Positions 8,853-16,322 of a DNA stretch of 32,000 nucleotides are shown in pieces. The position numbers and the translations under genes were made by a program. Every line of letters starts with the position of its first letter. The stretch's first letter is position 1. Origin of the DNA: Flavobacteriaceae bacterium (GTDB taxonomy: Bacteria; Bacteroidota; Bacteroidia; Flavobacteriales; Flavobacteriaceae); assembly GCA_965224465.1 (NCBI GenBank), contig OZ245049.1, positions 3,450,001 through 3,482,000 of the forward strand. Reading direction: 5' to 3'. The notes under the pieces are model-generated. The model was not told the origin of the DNA. It did not search any database and saw only the letters and a list, made by a program, of their open reading frames with translations.

Positions 8853-9434
8853 TTAGCGGTAAAAGTTCATTTCGTCTATGTATTTCCAAACTTTAGCAGT
8901 TACTAATGGGAGGATGTTCTTTTTATGAGGGATAGATTGTCTAATAAATGTAGACGAGATTTGAACTATTGGGGCATCTACCTGGTGTATTTTTGGGTGA
9001 TTTTTAAATTGATGTTCTACTGTACCGTCACCTAATCTAGGGTATACGTAAATATGGTGATTTTCAAGAATTACTTCGTAGTTTTTCCAACGGTGTAAAC
9101 TTTTTAAATTGTCTTCTCCCATGATTAAACAAAAATCGGTGTTTGGGAATTTCTCGTCTAAATGAGCAAGCGTATTCACCGTGTAAGAAGGTTGGGGTAG
9201 ATTAAATTCGATAGAAGAACTTTTGATGTTTTGATAAGGTTCTAAAGCAATGTCTACCATGGCTAATCGGTGATGATTGGCTAGTAATGATGCCTTTTTT
9301 TTATGTGGATTGTGAGGGGTAACCACCATCCAGATCTCTTCTAAATCTGAGTGTTCAACCATGTGATTGGCAATGATGAGGTGTCCAATATGAATGGGGT
9401 TAAACGAACCAAAATACAAGCCTACTTTTGCCAT
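8853..9434 (-). CDS. nadD: Nicotinate-nucleotide adenylyltransferase
   Basis: GLYFGSFNPIHIGHL (the (H/T)xGH nucleotidyltransferase motif), a C-terminal ISSTFIR motif, 193 aa. Confidence 0.93.
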   Translation of the reverse strand: MAKVGLYFGSFNPIHIGHLIIANHMVEHSDLEEIWMVVTPHNPHKKKASLLANHHRLAMVDIALEPYQNIKSSSIEFNLPQPSYTVNTLAHLDEKFPNTDFCLIMGEDNLKSLHRWKNYEVILENHHIYVYPRLGDGTVEHQFKNHPKIHQVDAPIVQISSTFIRQSIPHKKNILPLVTAKVWKYIDEMNFYR

Positions 9435-9436
9435 TG

Positions 9437-10021
9437 TTAATTGGTTTTTTGTTGAAAATTATGTATCAATTCTTCTGCGTTTTTTTGAGCTGTCTCTAAG
9501 TGGTCATTGATTAGAATTGTGTCAAAATGTTTTGCGTAGTTAATTTCTTTTTCAGCTTTTGCCAATCGCTCTAGGATTTTATCCTCGGTATCTGTATTCC
9601 GATTTCTTAAGCGTTGTTCCATTATTTCTATGGAAGGTGGTTTTACAAACACTGCGAGAGTAGCATCTGGAAACTGGCGCTTGATTTGGAGTCCGCCAAC
9701 AACATCAATGTCAAATATAACGTGTTTTCCTTGTTTCCAAATGCGTTCTACTTCGGATTTTAATGTGCCGTACATAGCGCCTTTGTACACCTCTTCGTAT
9801 TCTACAAAATCCTCGTTCTTTACGTGTTTTTCAAACTCGAAAGTAGACATAAAATAATAGTCTTTTTTATGTATTTCCTGACCTCTAGATGGACGCGAAG
9901 TCGCAGAGATTGAAAAATCTAAGTTTAAGCTTTTTAGTTTTAATAGATGGTGTACTATTGTTGTTTTTCCTGATCCTGAAGGTGCAGAAAAGACAAACAT
10001 TTTCCCTTTAAATTGACTCAT
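9437..10021 (-). CDS. gmk: Guanylate kinase
   Basis: P-loop SAPSGSGKTT plus the SATSRPSRGQE and YGT motifs; 194 aa. Only 2 nt separate it from nadD. Confidence 0.95.
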   Translation of the reverse strand: MSQFKGKMFVFSAPSGSGKTTIVHHLLKLKSLNLDFSISATSRPSRGQEIHKKDYYFMSTFEFEKHVKNEDFVEYEEVYKGAMYGTLKSEVERIWKQGKHVIFDIDVVGGLQIKRQFPDATLAVFVKPPSIEIMEQRLRNRNTDTEDKILERLAKAEKEINYAKHFDTILINDHLETAQKNAEELIHNFQQKTN

Positions 10022-10024
10022 AAT

Positions 10025-10882
10025 TTAAAGTATATTAAGATTCTGTTCTTTTATTTTTTCTAATTCGTCTTTCATTTCTACAACCATTTTTTGCATTGGA
10101 GCATAGTTGGCTTTAGATCCGATAGTATTTATTTCTCTGCCTATTTCTTGACTAATAAATCCTAGTTTTTTTCCGTTAGAACCATCATTAGTAAGTTCTT
10201 TTAAGAAATATTCTAAATGATTTTCGAGCCTTACTTTTTCTTCTGTAATATCGTATTTTTCGATATAATAGACCAATTCTTGCTCAAACCTATTTTCGTC
10301 TACTTTTGTCTTGAGTTCTTCAATTCCTTTTTGTAACCGTTCTTTTACCGCTGTAATTCTGTCGGGATCTATGGTGATTACTTTTTGGAGTAAGTTTTTA
10401 ATTTTTTCTATTCTTTTGATGAAATCTGCTTTTAATACAGTTCCTTCATCCGTTCTATAAATTACAATTTTTGTAATTGTATCCTCAATGCAGTCCGCAA
10501 TTTGCTTCCATTCATCTAGGTCTAACTCTTCGCGTTCTGTTTTTAATGTATCTGGCATGCGTATTGCCATCTTTAAGAGCTCGGTATGGTCACCGTCTAC
10601 TATTTCTTTGAGTTGCTTTATGTATAGATTTACAACTGCAGCGTTTATTTTTGTCGATAATTTCGCTCCAGTTTCTTCTATGTAAATCGAAAAATCTATT
10701 TTTCCGCGCTCTAAGGACGACGCCAAACGCTTTCGGATTTCAAGTTCTTTTTCTCTGTAATAAGAGGGGATGCGAACGTTGAGATCTAGATTTTTACTGT
10801 TTAAAGATTTAACTTCAACAGTTACTTTTTTTGTTTCTAATTGTAATACGGTTTTCCCGTATCCTGTCATTGATTGTATCAT
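10025..10882 (-). CDS. yicC: YicC family stress-induced protein
   Basis: N-terminal MIQSMTGYG signature, C-terminal REINTIGSKA motif, 285 aa. The yicC-gmk arrangement is a common conserved one. Confidence 0.9.
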   Translation of the reverse strand: MIQSMTGYGKTVLQLETKKVTVEVKSLNSKNLDLNVRIPSYYREKELEIRKRLASSLERGKIDFSIYIEETGAKLSTKINAAVVNLYIKQLKEIVDGDHTELLKMAIRMPDTLKTEREELDLDEWKQIADCIEDTITKIVIYRTDEGTVLKADFIKRIEKIKNLLQKVITIDPDRITAVKERLQKGIEELKTKVDENRFEQELVYYIEKYDITEEKVRLENHLEYFLKELTNDGSNGKKLGFISQEIGREINTIGSKANYAPMQKMVVEMKDELEKIKEQNLNIL

Positions 10883-10897
10883 TTAGAAAAAATAAAT

Positions 10898-11848
10898 TTA
10901 TGCAAATTTACGTATTTTAAATAATCTCATCACCTTTATAGGAAATTTACTTTTAGTTCCCTCTTTTAGAGGGGGTTGTGTGACTAGGAATACGCCTAAA
11001 AATATCACAGCAGTTGCACCTATTTTTAAAGGGTCTAGCGTGTCACTTCCTACCATAAGTGCATAGCAGGAGGCAATGATAGGTTCGAAATAGATAAAAA
11101 CACTCACGGTAGTTGGTTTTAGTGTAGTCAGTCCTAGCACGTTAAACATATAAGTGAGGTAGGTAGTACACACGATGATAAAACCTATTTTAAAGAGTCC
11201 AGAAGAGGGGATATTTGTAAAATTGACTTCCATAAGTTCACTAAAACCAAAGGGGAGTACCAATATAAGAGCTACCAAGTACATCCATTTTACAAAGGTA
11301 AAAGGATTGTATTTTCCCAATAATTTTTTTACGACAATAAAATACAAGGCGTAGGATATTGCATTTATCAATACTAAAAAGTTTCCAAAGCGTATGTCTT
11401 CAACGTTTCCTCCAACAGATTCTTGCTTGTAAAATATAAGTACTGTTGCTCCTATTAATCCTATGGTGACTCCTATTCCTTTACGTATAGATAGTTTTTC
11501 TTTGAGGATTAATATGGCAAGTATAAACACAAGTATAGGGGTGGTTACCATTATAGATGCCGCGTTTATAGGGGTGGTTAAGCTAAGTCCTTTGAAAAAG
11601 CTTAACATGTTTAATGCAATCCCAAATAAGGCTGCAAAAAACACACGGATATAATCTTCTTTTGCTATTTTTTCTTTTTTTACAAAGAGTCCTGTGATCC
11701 AAAATAGGGCAGTTGCTCCAGCAACACGTAGCACAATAAATCCGTATGGTTTTATAAAAGCAGGCATTACGTCTTTTGCCAAGGTGAATGTTACGCCATA
11801 GATTAAGGCGGATATGGCTAATAATGTTAACGCAATATTTCTTGTCAT
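10898..11848 (-). CDS. EamA/DMT family transporter
   Basis: Ten predicted TM helices arranged as two EamA-like halves. I prefer the ATG at 11848 (MTRNIAL..) over the TTG at 11869 used by the ORF track. Confidence 0.8.
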   Translation of the reverse strand: MTRNIALTLLAISALIYGVTFTLAKDVMPAFIKPYGFIVLRVAGATALFWITGLFVKKEKIAKEDYIRVFFAALFGIALNMLSFFKGLSLTTPINAASIMVTTPILVFILAILILKEKLSIRKGIGVTIGLIGATVLIFYKQESVGGNVEDIRFGNFLVLINAISYALYFIVVKKLLGKYNPFTFVKWMYLVALILVLPFGFSELMEVNFTNIPSSGLFKIGFIIVCTTYLTYMFNVLGLTTLKPTTVSVFIYFEPIIASCYALMVGSDTLDPLKIGATAVIFLGVFLVTQPPLKEGTKSKFPIKVMRLFKIRKFA

Positions 11849-11938
11849 CTTTAAATTTTTTAGCGGCAAATAAACGCAATAAATCTGATAATTATCATAT
11901 TTTGACTAATCATTAATTGCCATATAATCATACTATTT

Positions 11939-12015
11939 ATACCAACTATATTTCCAAGTGACGGTTTAGAAATGGAATTATTATTTATATAGGTCATTTT
12001 GGATTGTAAATTGGC
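11939..12015 (+). repeat. Structured intergenic repeat, copy B (minimal variant, ~77 bp, arms only)
   Basis: The 5' arm ATACCAACTATATTTCCAAGTGACGGTTTAGAAATGGAATTATT is joined directly to the 3' arm ATTTATATAGGTCATTTTGGATTGTAAATTGG. The two arms are imperfectly complementary. Confidence 0.75.
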
Positions 12016-12207
12016 ATTAGACAGTTGAGTATGCCAATTTATTTTTGTAAAGTCGTATCATTATAAGGTTAAAATGGTATTCGTTGGAGAATTGCAACAG
12101 CAAAGCATTAGTGAATTCCCCTAAAAATAAAATGAGGTAAAAAAATAAATAAAGAGAATAAATTACATCTATGCTATTTGAGTAGAAGTTATTGTGTTTT
12201 TTAGCAT

Positions 12208-12240
12208 AAAAAAATGCGACTCTACTAGAGTCGCATTTTT
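12208..12240. terminator. Strong bidirectional intrinsic terminator in an ORF-free intergenic region
   Basis: Stem ATGCGACTC / GAGTCGCAT (12214-12222 and 12228-12236), loop TACTA, A6 upstream and T4 downstream. Read on the minus strand, the hairpin is followed by T7. Confidence 0.85.
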
Positions 12241-12276
12241 AAATAATACCATTTAAAATGGTTGGTGTAGGTTCTG

Positions 12277-12431
12277 CCAATTACATTTCCAAGTGACAGT
12301 TTAGAAATAGAATTATTTTTTGTTTTAGCTAGGCGAGAAATCTAAGGATAGCCTTAGCTATCGTTCTATTTTTCAATAACGCTAGAACGTAAAACAACCT
12401 ATTTATATCTGTTATTTTGGATTGTAATTGG
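12277..12431 (+). repeat. Structured intergenic repeat, copy C (full length, ~155 bp, interior intact)
   Basis: Terminal inverted repeat CCAATTACA...TGTAATTGG, extending to ~36-nt imperfect arms. The interior has an inner stem TTGTTTTA (12320-12327) / TAAAACAA (12390-12397). That stem encloses two hairpins: GCTAGGC/GCCTTAGC and CGTTCTA/TAGAACG. Confidence 0.8.
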
Positions 12432-12447
12432 TAGTACCTTGTGTTGA

Positions 12448-12921
12448 TTAGTCCAATGAAGGAATACGCAATACTTGTCCTGGATAAATCTTATCTGGAT
12501 GAGACAACATAGGTTTGTTTGCTTCAAAAATAACTGGGTATTTCATGGCGTTTCCATAAAATTTCTTCGCTATTTTACTCAAGCTATCTCCACTTACTAC
12601 AGTGTGAAATTGTGCTTCAGGAGCAGCTATCGTAACAGTCATACGGTCATCAACAGAGGCAATGCCTTCTGTGTTCCCTACAACTAGTACAACTTTTTCT
12701 TTAGCTGCTTGGTTGGCTGCTTCTCCCCAGATAGTGGCAGTGTCTCCATCTAGTTCAATGTTTAAATCTACAACTTCAAGTTCTAAAGTTTCTACTGCAT
12801 TTACTAATTTAGTTGCTTTTGCACTTTCTGCAACTGCAGCTTCTACGGCTTCTTCTTTTTCCGTTTTTCCAATTCCAAACACTTTAGCTCCAGCGTTTTT
12901 GATGAAAGAAAATAATCCCAT
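12448..12921 (-). CDS. kbp: BON + LysM domain protein (Kbp/YgaU-like potassium-binding protein)
   Basis: Starts MGLFSFIKNAGAKVFG, the typical YgaU N-terminus. A BON-like middle is followed by a C-terminal LysM (HTVVSGDSLSKIAKKFYGNAMKYPVIFEANKPMLSHPDKIYPGQVLRIP). The upstream 26 codons in the ORF track look spurious. Confidence 0.85.
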   Translation of the reverse strand: MGLFSFIKNAGAKVFGIGKTEKEEAVEAAVAESAKATKLVNAVETLELEVVDLNIELDGDTATIWGEAANQAAKEKVVLVVGNTEGIASVDDRMTVTIAAPEAQFHTVVSGDSLSKIAKKFYGNAMKYPVIFEANKPMLSHPDKIYPGQVLRIPSLD

Positions 12922-13085
12922 AATCTTTTTTTTAATTATTATATGAAGGAAATATACAAAAAAAAGAAAGCGAATACAAGATATGGCATGTAAAAACAAG
13001 AAATCTCTGGTGTTTGGATCTATTAGGGTTACATAGGTGTACGTTAATTAGCGGCTTAATAAGGTGTTATTTTAGGGCAATTATG

Positions 13086-13093
13086 TATCTTTG
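13086..13093 (+). promoter_or_regulatory. -7 promoter box TATCTTTG upstream of upp
   Basis: Exact TAnnTTTG match, 20 nt upstream of the ATG. Confidence 0.5.
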
Positions 13094-13112
13094 CTGCCAA
13101 AATATTTAACAG

Positions 13113-13763
13113 ATGACCATTCATAATCTTACGAAGAAAACTTCCATTTTAAATAAATTTATTGCCGAGATACGATGCAAAGATACCCAAAAAGACTCCC
13201 TGCGATTTAGAAGAAATATTGAGCGTATAGGTGAGATTTTAGGCTATGAATTAAGTAGTTATTTTGAGTATCAATCAAGAACTATTGAAACACCTTTGGG
13301 TGAAAAGAAAATTAAATTACCTACAAATGAACTTGTGATTTGTTCTATTTTAAGAGCAGGAATTCCATTGCATCAAGGTTTGTTAAATTATTTTGATGAT
13401 GCAGAAAGTGCATTTATATCTGCCTATAGAAAGCATAAGAACGAAAAAGAATTTGAAATAGTAGTGGAGTATTTTGCTTCTCCTGATTTAACAGGAAAAA
13501 CCTTATTGTTGGCAGATCCTATGTTGGCTACCGGGCAATCCTTGGTGTCTGTATATGAAAGTTTACACAAACATGGAACGCCAAAAGAAATTCATATAGT
13601 TGCTGTACTAGGATCTACCGAAGGAATTGATTATATCTATGATAAATTCCCGGAAAATACGCATTTGTGGATTGCAACAATAGATGATCACTTGAACGAA
13701 AAAGGATATATTATCCCTGGATTAGGCGATGCTGGTGATTTAGCGTTTGGTAATAAATTATAA
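13113..13763 (+). CDS. upp: Uracil phosphoribosyltransferase
   Basis: PRPP-binding motif LLLADPMLATGQS and C-terminal YIIPGLGDAGD; 216 aa. Confidence 0.95.
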   Translation: MTIHNLTKKTSILNKFIAEIRCKDTQKDSLRFRRNIERIGEILGYELSSYFEYQSRTIETPLGEKKIKLPTNELVICSILRAGIPLHQGLLNYFDDAESAFISAYRKHKNEKEFEIVVEYFASPDLTGKTLLLADPMLATGQSLVSVYESLHKHGTPKEIHIVAVLGSTEGIDYIYDKFPENTHLWIATIDDHLNEKGYIIPGLGDAGDLAFGNKL

Positions 13764-14681
13764 AAAATAGACTAAAAAACTTACAGCTATAATGAGCCAT
13801 AAAACAATCTCTTTTATCCAGTTATTTCGGATTGTTTCTAGGTAGTTGGAGGTGATAATTGCCGCAGGGAAAAAAGCGTAAAGGAATTCTGAGCCGTCTT
13901 TGTTTGGAGTGCATAGAATCACTATTGTTGAGATTGTTAAAAGGATGCTTAATAATACCCATGATCGCTTCATGCTATTTGCGCGAGATAAAATTTTGGG
14001 AGAGCAACTGAGTGCAGACCAAAGTACAACTGCAATTAGAAAAGTTATAGGGATCAGAAGTTTTAGAGCGAGGTATGGTGTGCTTTCAAAATGAAATGGA
14101 AAATTAAAAATCTGTTCAAAAAACACCATGTCATTTATAAACAAACAATAGGTGTAGATTAAAAGAAGTGGAGTTGCAAGACCTAGAATCGGCACTATTA
14201 AATTAGGTAAATTAACGCGGTGAGATAAGCGCATTCCTAAAAATATAAGCAGCAAAAAGAGTATTGTCCATGGATTAAAAACAAAGGAAATCCCGATCCA
14301 TAAACCTGCGTCAAATAATTTTGATTTGATGCGATTCTTTTTTGTCAAGCTAAAAATCCTTCTTAAAGCCATTAATAGGAATATGTTTGAAAGTATTAAT
14401 GGGACGTTGTGTATGGTTGTGTAAAAGAAACCGATGAATAGAACATAAAGAAAGATCGCATAAGAGTTGTCTTTTGTTAAATTGTTTTTTCGAATGATAA
14501 AATAAACAAAAAAGAGGAGCAATAGCCAACTGCTTAAAAGTGAGAGTTCTTTGCCTATTTGAGCGATTGTGACAGGAGTGAAATCCAATTTAAAAAGTGA
14601 AGAAATGTAAAACGCATAAAATAATAATAAGATGCTAACAATATTAGATGGTTTAGTTTTACTAAAAAAATTGGCTATCAT
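13758..14681 (-). CDS. Polytopic inner-membrane protein of unknown function
   Basis: 307-aa ORF, about 9 hydrophobic helices, rich in F/L/I. Its stop overlaps the upp stop by 6 nt in a convergent arrangement with no intervening terminator. Confidence 0.65.
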   Translation of the reverse strand: MIANFFSKTKPSNIVSILLLFYAFYISSLFKLDFTPVTIAQIGKELSLLSSWLLLLFFVYFIIRKNNLTKDNSYAIFLYVLFIGFFYTTIHNVPLILSNIFLLMALRRIFSLTKKNRIKSKLFDAGLWIGISFVFNPWTILFLLLIFLGMRLSHRVNLPNLIVPILGLATPLLLIYTYCLFINDMVFFEQIFNFPFHFESTPYLALKLLIPITFLIAVVLWSALSCSPKILSRANSMKRSWVLLSILLTISTIVILCTPNKDGSEFLYAFFPAAIITSNYLETIRNNWIKEIVLWLIIAVSFLVYFL

Positions 14682-14693
14682 TACTATATTTTA

Positions 14694-14701
14694 TACTTTT
14701 G
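14694..14701 (+). promoter_or_regulatory. -7 promoter box TACTTTTG upstream of the small membrane protein gene
   Basis: Exact TAnnTTTG match (extended form TACTTTTGCG), 29 nt upstream of the ATG at 14730. Confidence 0.45.
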
Positions 14702-14729
14702 CGCTGTAAATATATATATAATACAGCAT

Positions 14730-14927
14730 ATGATTACTAACAATATTTTTAAGATTATCGGAGATTTTTTTACAGATGTACTATTTACTCCTTTAAATTG
14801 GTTGCGATTTTTAGATAACTGGTGGGCTCAAAGCACTTTAAGTTGGGTGTTCATAGTTATTGCAGCAGGTGGATTTATCTATTGGATGATGCAAATTAGA
14901 AAATTTAAAAAAATGGGTGCAGAGTAA
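14730..14927 (+). CDS. Small (65 aa) membrane protein, unknown function
   Basis: An ATG start with its own promoter box, a single clear TM helix (LSWVFIVIAAGGFIYWMM) and a basic C-terminus. Confidence 0.5.
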   Translation: MITNNIFKIIGDFFTDVLFTPLNWLRFLDNWWAQSTLSWVFIVIAAGGFIYWMMQIRKFKKMGAE

Positions 14928-15070
14928 AACTCTGGTGTTTTATATTCAGATTAAGAAATAAACGCGGTGTATTATTTGTTGATAATTAGAAGCAACCTGG
15001 CCTGAGCTAGGGTGTTTTCTTGTGCTCAATAGAAATATCTAGCGGTAACATCTTCTAATACAATTCTTTT

Positions 15071-15742
15071 ATGGGGAGTAAAAATAAATTAAAAAGATTT
15101 CGTGAGAACGAAACATTTCCAAATGTTATTCAGCCTACACGGGAAGAAGCAATTAATAATTTCCCTCTAAAAGGCAAATGGAATGAGCATTTTGGAAACG
15201 ATTATCCTATTGTCTTAGAATTGGGCTGTGGAAAAGGGGAATACACTATTGCTATGGCACGTAAAAATCCTACAACAAATTTTATTGGGATAGATTTAAA
15301 GGGTGCACGATTTTGGAGAGGAGCGAAAACTGCTATTGAAGAGAATTTACCTAATGTGGCATTTATAAGGACTCAAATAGAATTGATCGAATTTATTTTC
15401 GCTAAGAATGAAGTGTCTGATATTTGGATTACTTTTCCAGATCCACAAATAAAGTTTCAGAGAACAAAACACAGAATGACCAACCAAACCTTTTTAAAAA
15501 AATACCATACGGTTTTAAAAAAGGGTGGAACCATTAACCTGAAAACAGATAGCGAGTTTATGCACGGTTATACATTAGGTATTTTACATGGTGAAGGGCA
15601 TGAGGTACTATATTCTCATCATGACATATACAAAAATTATCATTCGCCTGAAGAAGTAATTAGTACACAGACTTTTTATGAAAATCAGTATTTAGAAGTT
15701 GGTAAGGCGATTACATATATTAAATTTAGATTGAATTACTAA
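15071..15742 (+). CDS. trmB: tRNA (guanine46-N7)-methyltransferase
   Basis: SAM motif VLELGCGKGEYT, FPDPQ, and a length (223 aa) typical of TrmB. Confidence 0.92.
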   Translation: MGSKNKLKRFRENETFPNVIQPTREEAINNFPLKGKWNEHFGNDYPIVLELGCGKGEYTIAMARKNPTTNFIGIDLKGARFWRGAKTAIEENLPNVAFIRTQIELIEFIFAKNEVSDIWITFPDPQIKFQRTKHRMTNQTFLKKYHTVLKKGGTINLKTDSEFMHGYTLGILHGEGHEVLYSHHDIYKNYHSPEEVISTQTFYENQYLEVGKAITYIKFRLNY

Positions 15743-15769
15743 TCCCCGTTATAAATGTACATTTAGCGC

Positions 15770-16099
15770 ATGGATAAAAGTGATAATTTTTTTACGAGAG
15801 TACACGAAGTTGCAAAAAAAATCCCCTATGGTAGGGTTACAAGTTATGGAGCTATTGCAACATTTTTAAGTGCACCTCGTTCTGCTAGGATGGTTGGTTG
15901 GGCAATGAATAATACCAATCAAGACCCTATGATTCCTGCGCATAGAGTTGTAAACAGGAATGGATTGTTAACGGGGAAGCATCATTTTGACGGAACGCAT
16001 CTTATGCAGCAATTGTTGGAGAGTGAAGATATTCGGGTAAAAGACTTACAAGTGCAGGATTTTGATGCCGTGTTTTGGGATCCAACTATAGAATTGTGA
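15770..16099 (+). CDS. Alkyltransferase-like (ATL) protein: an MGMT DNA-binding domain lacking the acceptor cysteine
   Basis: IPYGRVTSYGAIA and the active-site-equivalent IPAHRVVNRNG, where canonical Ogt/Ada/MGMT has PCHRV. It is only 109 aa, a single domain. Confidence 0.85.
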   Translation: MDKSDNFFTRVHEVAKKIPYGRVTSYGAIATFLSAPRSARMVGWAMNNTNQDPMIPAHRVVNRNGLLTGKHHFDGTHLMQQLLESEDIRVKDLQVQDFDAVFWDPTIEL

Positions 16100-16293
16100 A
16101 TGCTGTCTGTTAAGGCATAAAACAGTAAGGTATTGTAGCCTGTTGTGTTGTTTTTTAACGAGGACTACAGTAAAGTTGCTTCTGTTTTACGGTTTAAAAA
16201 TATAAAAACAGCCGTTTTTTTAGTGTTTTGTAATTCAGGTACTTTTTAAGTGTAGTTTTTTCTAAAAAAGACTTTATTGTATGAAAAAACAGC

Positions 16294-16301
16294 TAAATTT
16301 G
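16294..16301 (+). promoter_or_regulatory. -7 promoter box TAAATTTG for the three-gene secreted-protein operon
   Basis: Exact TAnnTTTG match, 21 nt upstream of the TTG start at 16323. Confidence 0.45.
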
Positions 16302-16322
16302 TAGACTAACCCCACGTAAGTT

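Noticed and set aside
8718-8906. 62-aa plus-strand ORF spanning the M23/nadD intergenic gap.
   Set aside because: It overlaps the 5' end of the M23 gene and the 3' end of nadD on the opposite strand, and it has no promoter box or motif. The gap is better explained by the minus-strand promoter box at 8783-8790.
11583-11879. 98-aa minus-strand ORF, and the TTG-extended start of the EamA transporter.
   Set aside because: The 98-aa ORF is an alternative frame inside the transporter gene, Cys/Arg-rich and without motifs. For the transporter, the ATG at 11848 gives a normal short cytoplasmic N-terminus before TM1.
11939-12431. Whether the closely spaced repeats could be a small CRISPR array.
   Set aside because: The units differ in length (77 against 155 bp) and are internally palindromic over tens of nt. 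They are separated by ~260 bp that contains a terminator, and further copies are dispersed kilobases away. No cas genes are present.
12922-12999. 26-codon N-terminal extension of the BON-LysM ORF (MFLHAISCIRFLFFVYFLHIIIKKKI).
   Set aside because: Kbp/YgaU homologues begin MGLF..., which matches the internal ATG at 12921. The extension is translated AT-rich promoter DNA.
13758-13763. 6-nt convergent overlap of the upp and membrane-protein stop codons with no terminator between them, as a possible sign of mis-annotation or antisense regulation.
   Set aside because: Both ORFs are well supported up to their stops: upp ends with its usual GDAGDLAFGNK-type tail, and the other gene ends in a TM-rich frame. 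Short convergent overlaps are common in compact genomes.
16133-16230. Stem-loops downstream of the ATL gene (TATTGTAGCCT..AGGACTACAGTA and CTGTTTT..AAAACAG followed by T7) as a possible invertible promoter or extra repeat copy upstream of the P1-P3 operon.
   Set aside because: The inverted repeats enclose only 15-20 nt, too little for an invertible promoter. They share no similarity with the repeat family. They are most simply weak terminators for trmB-ATL.
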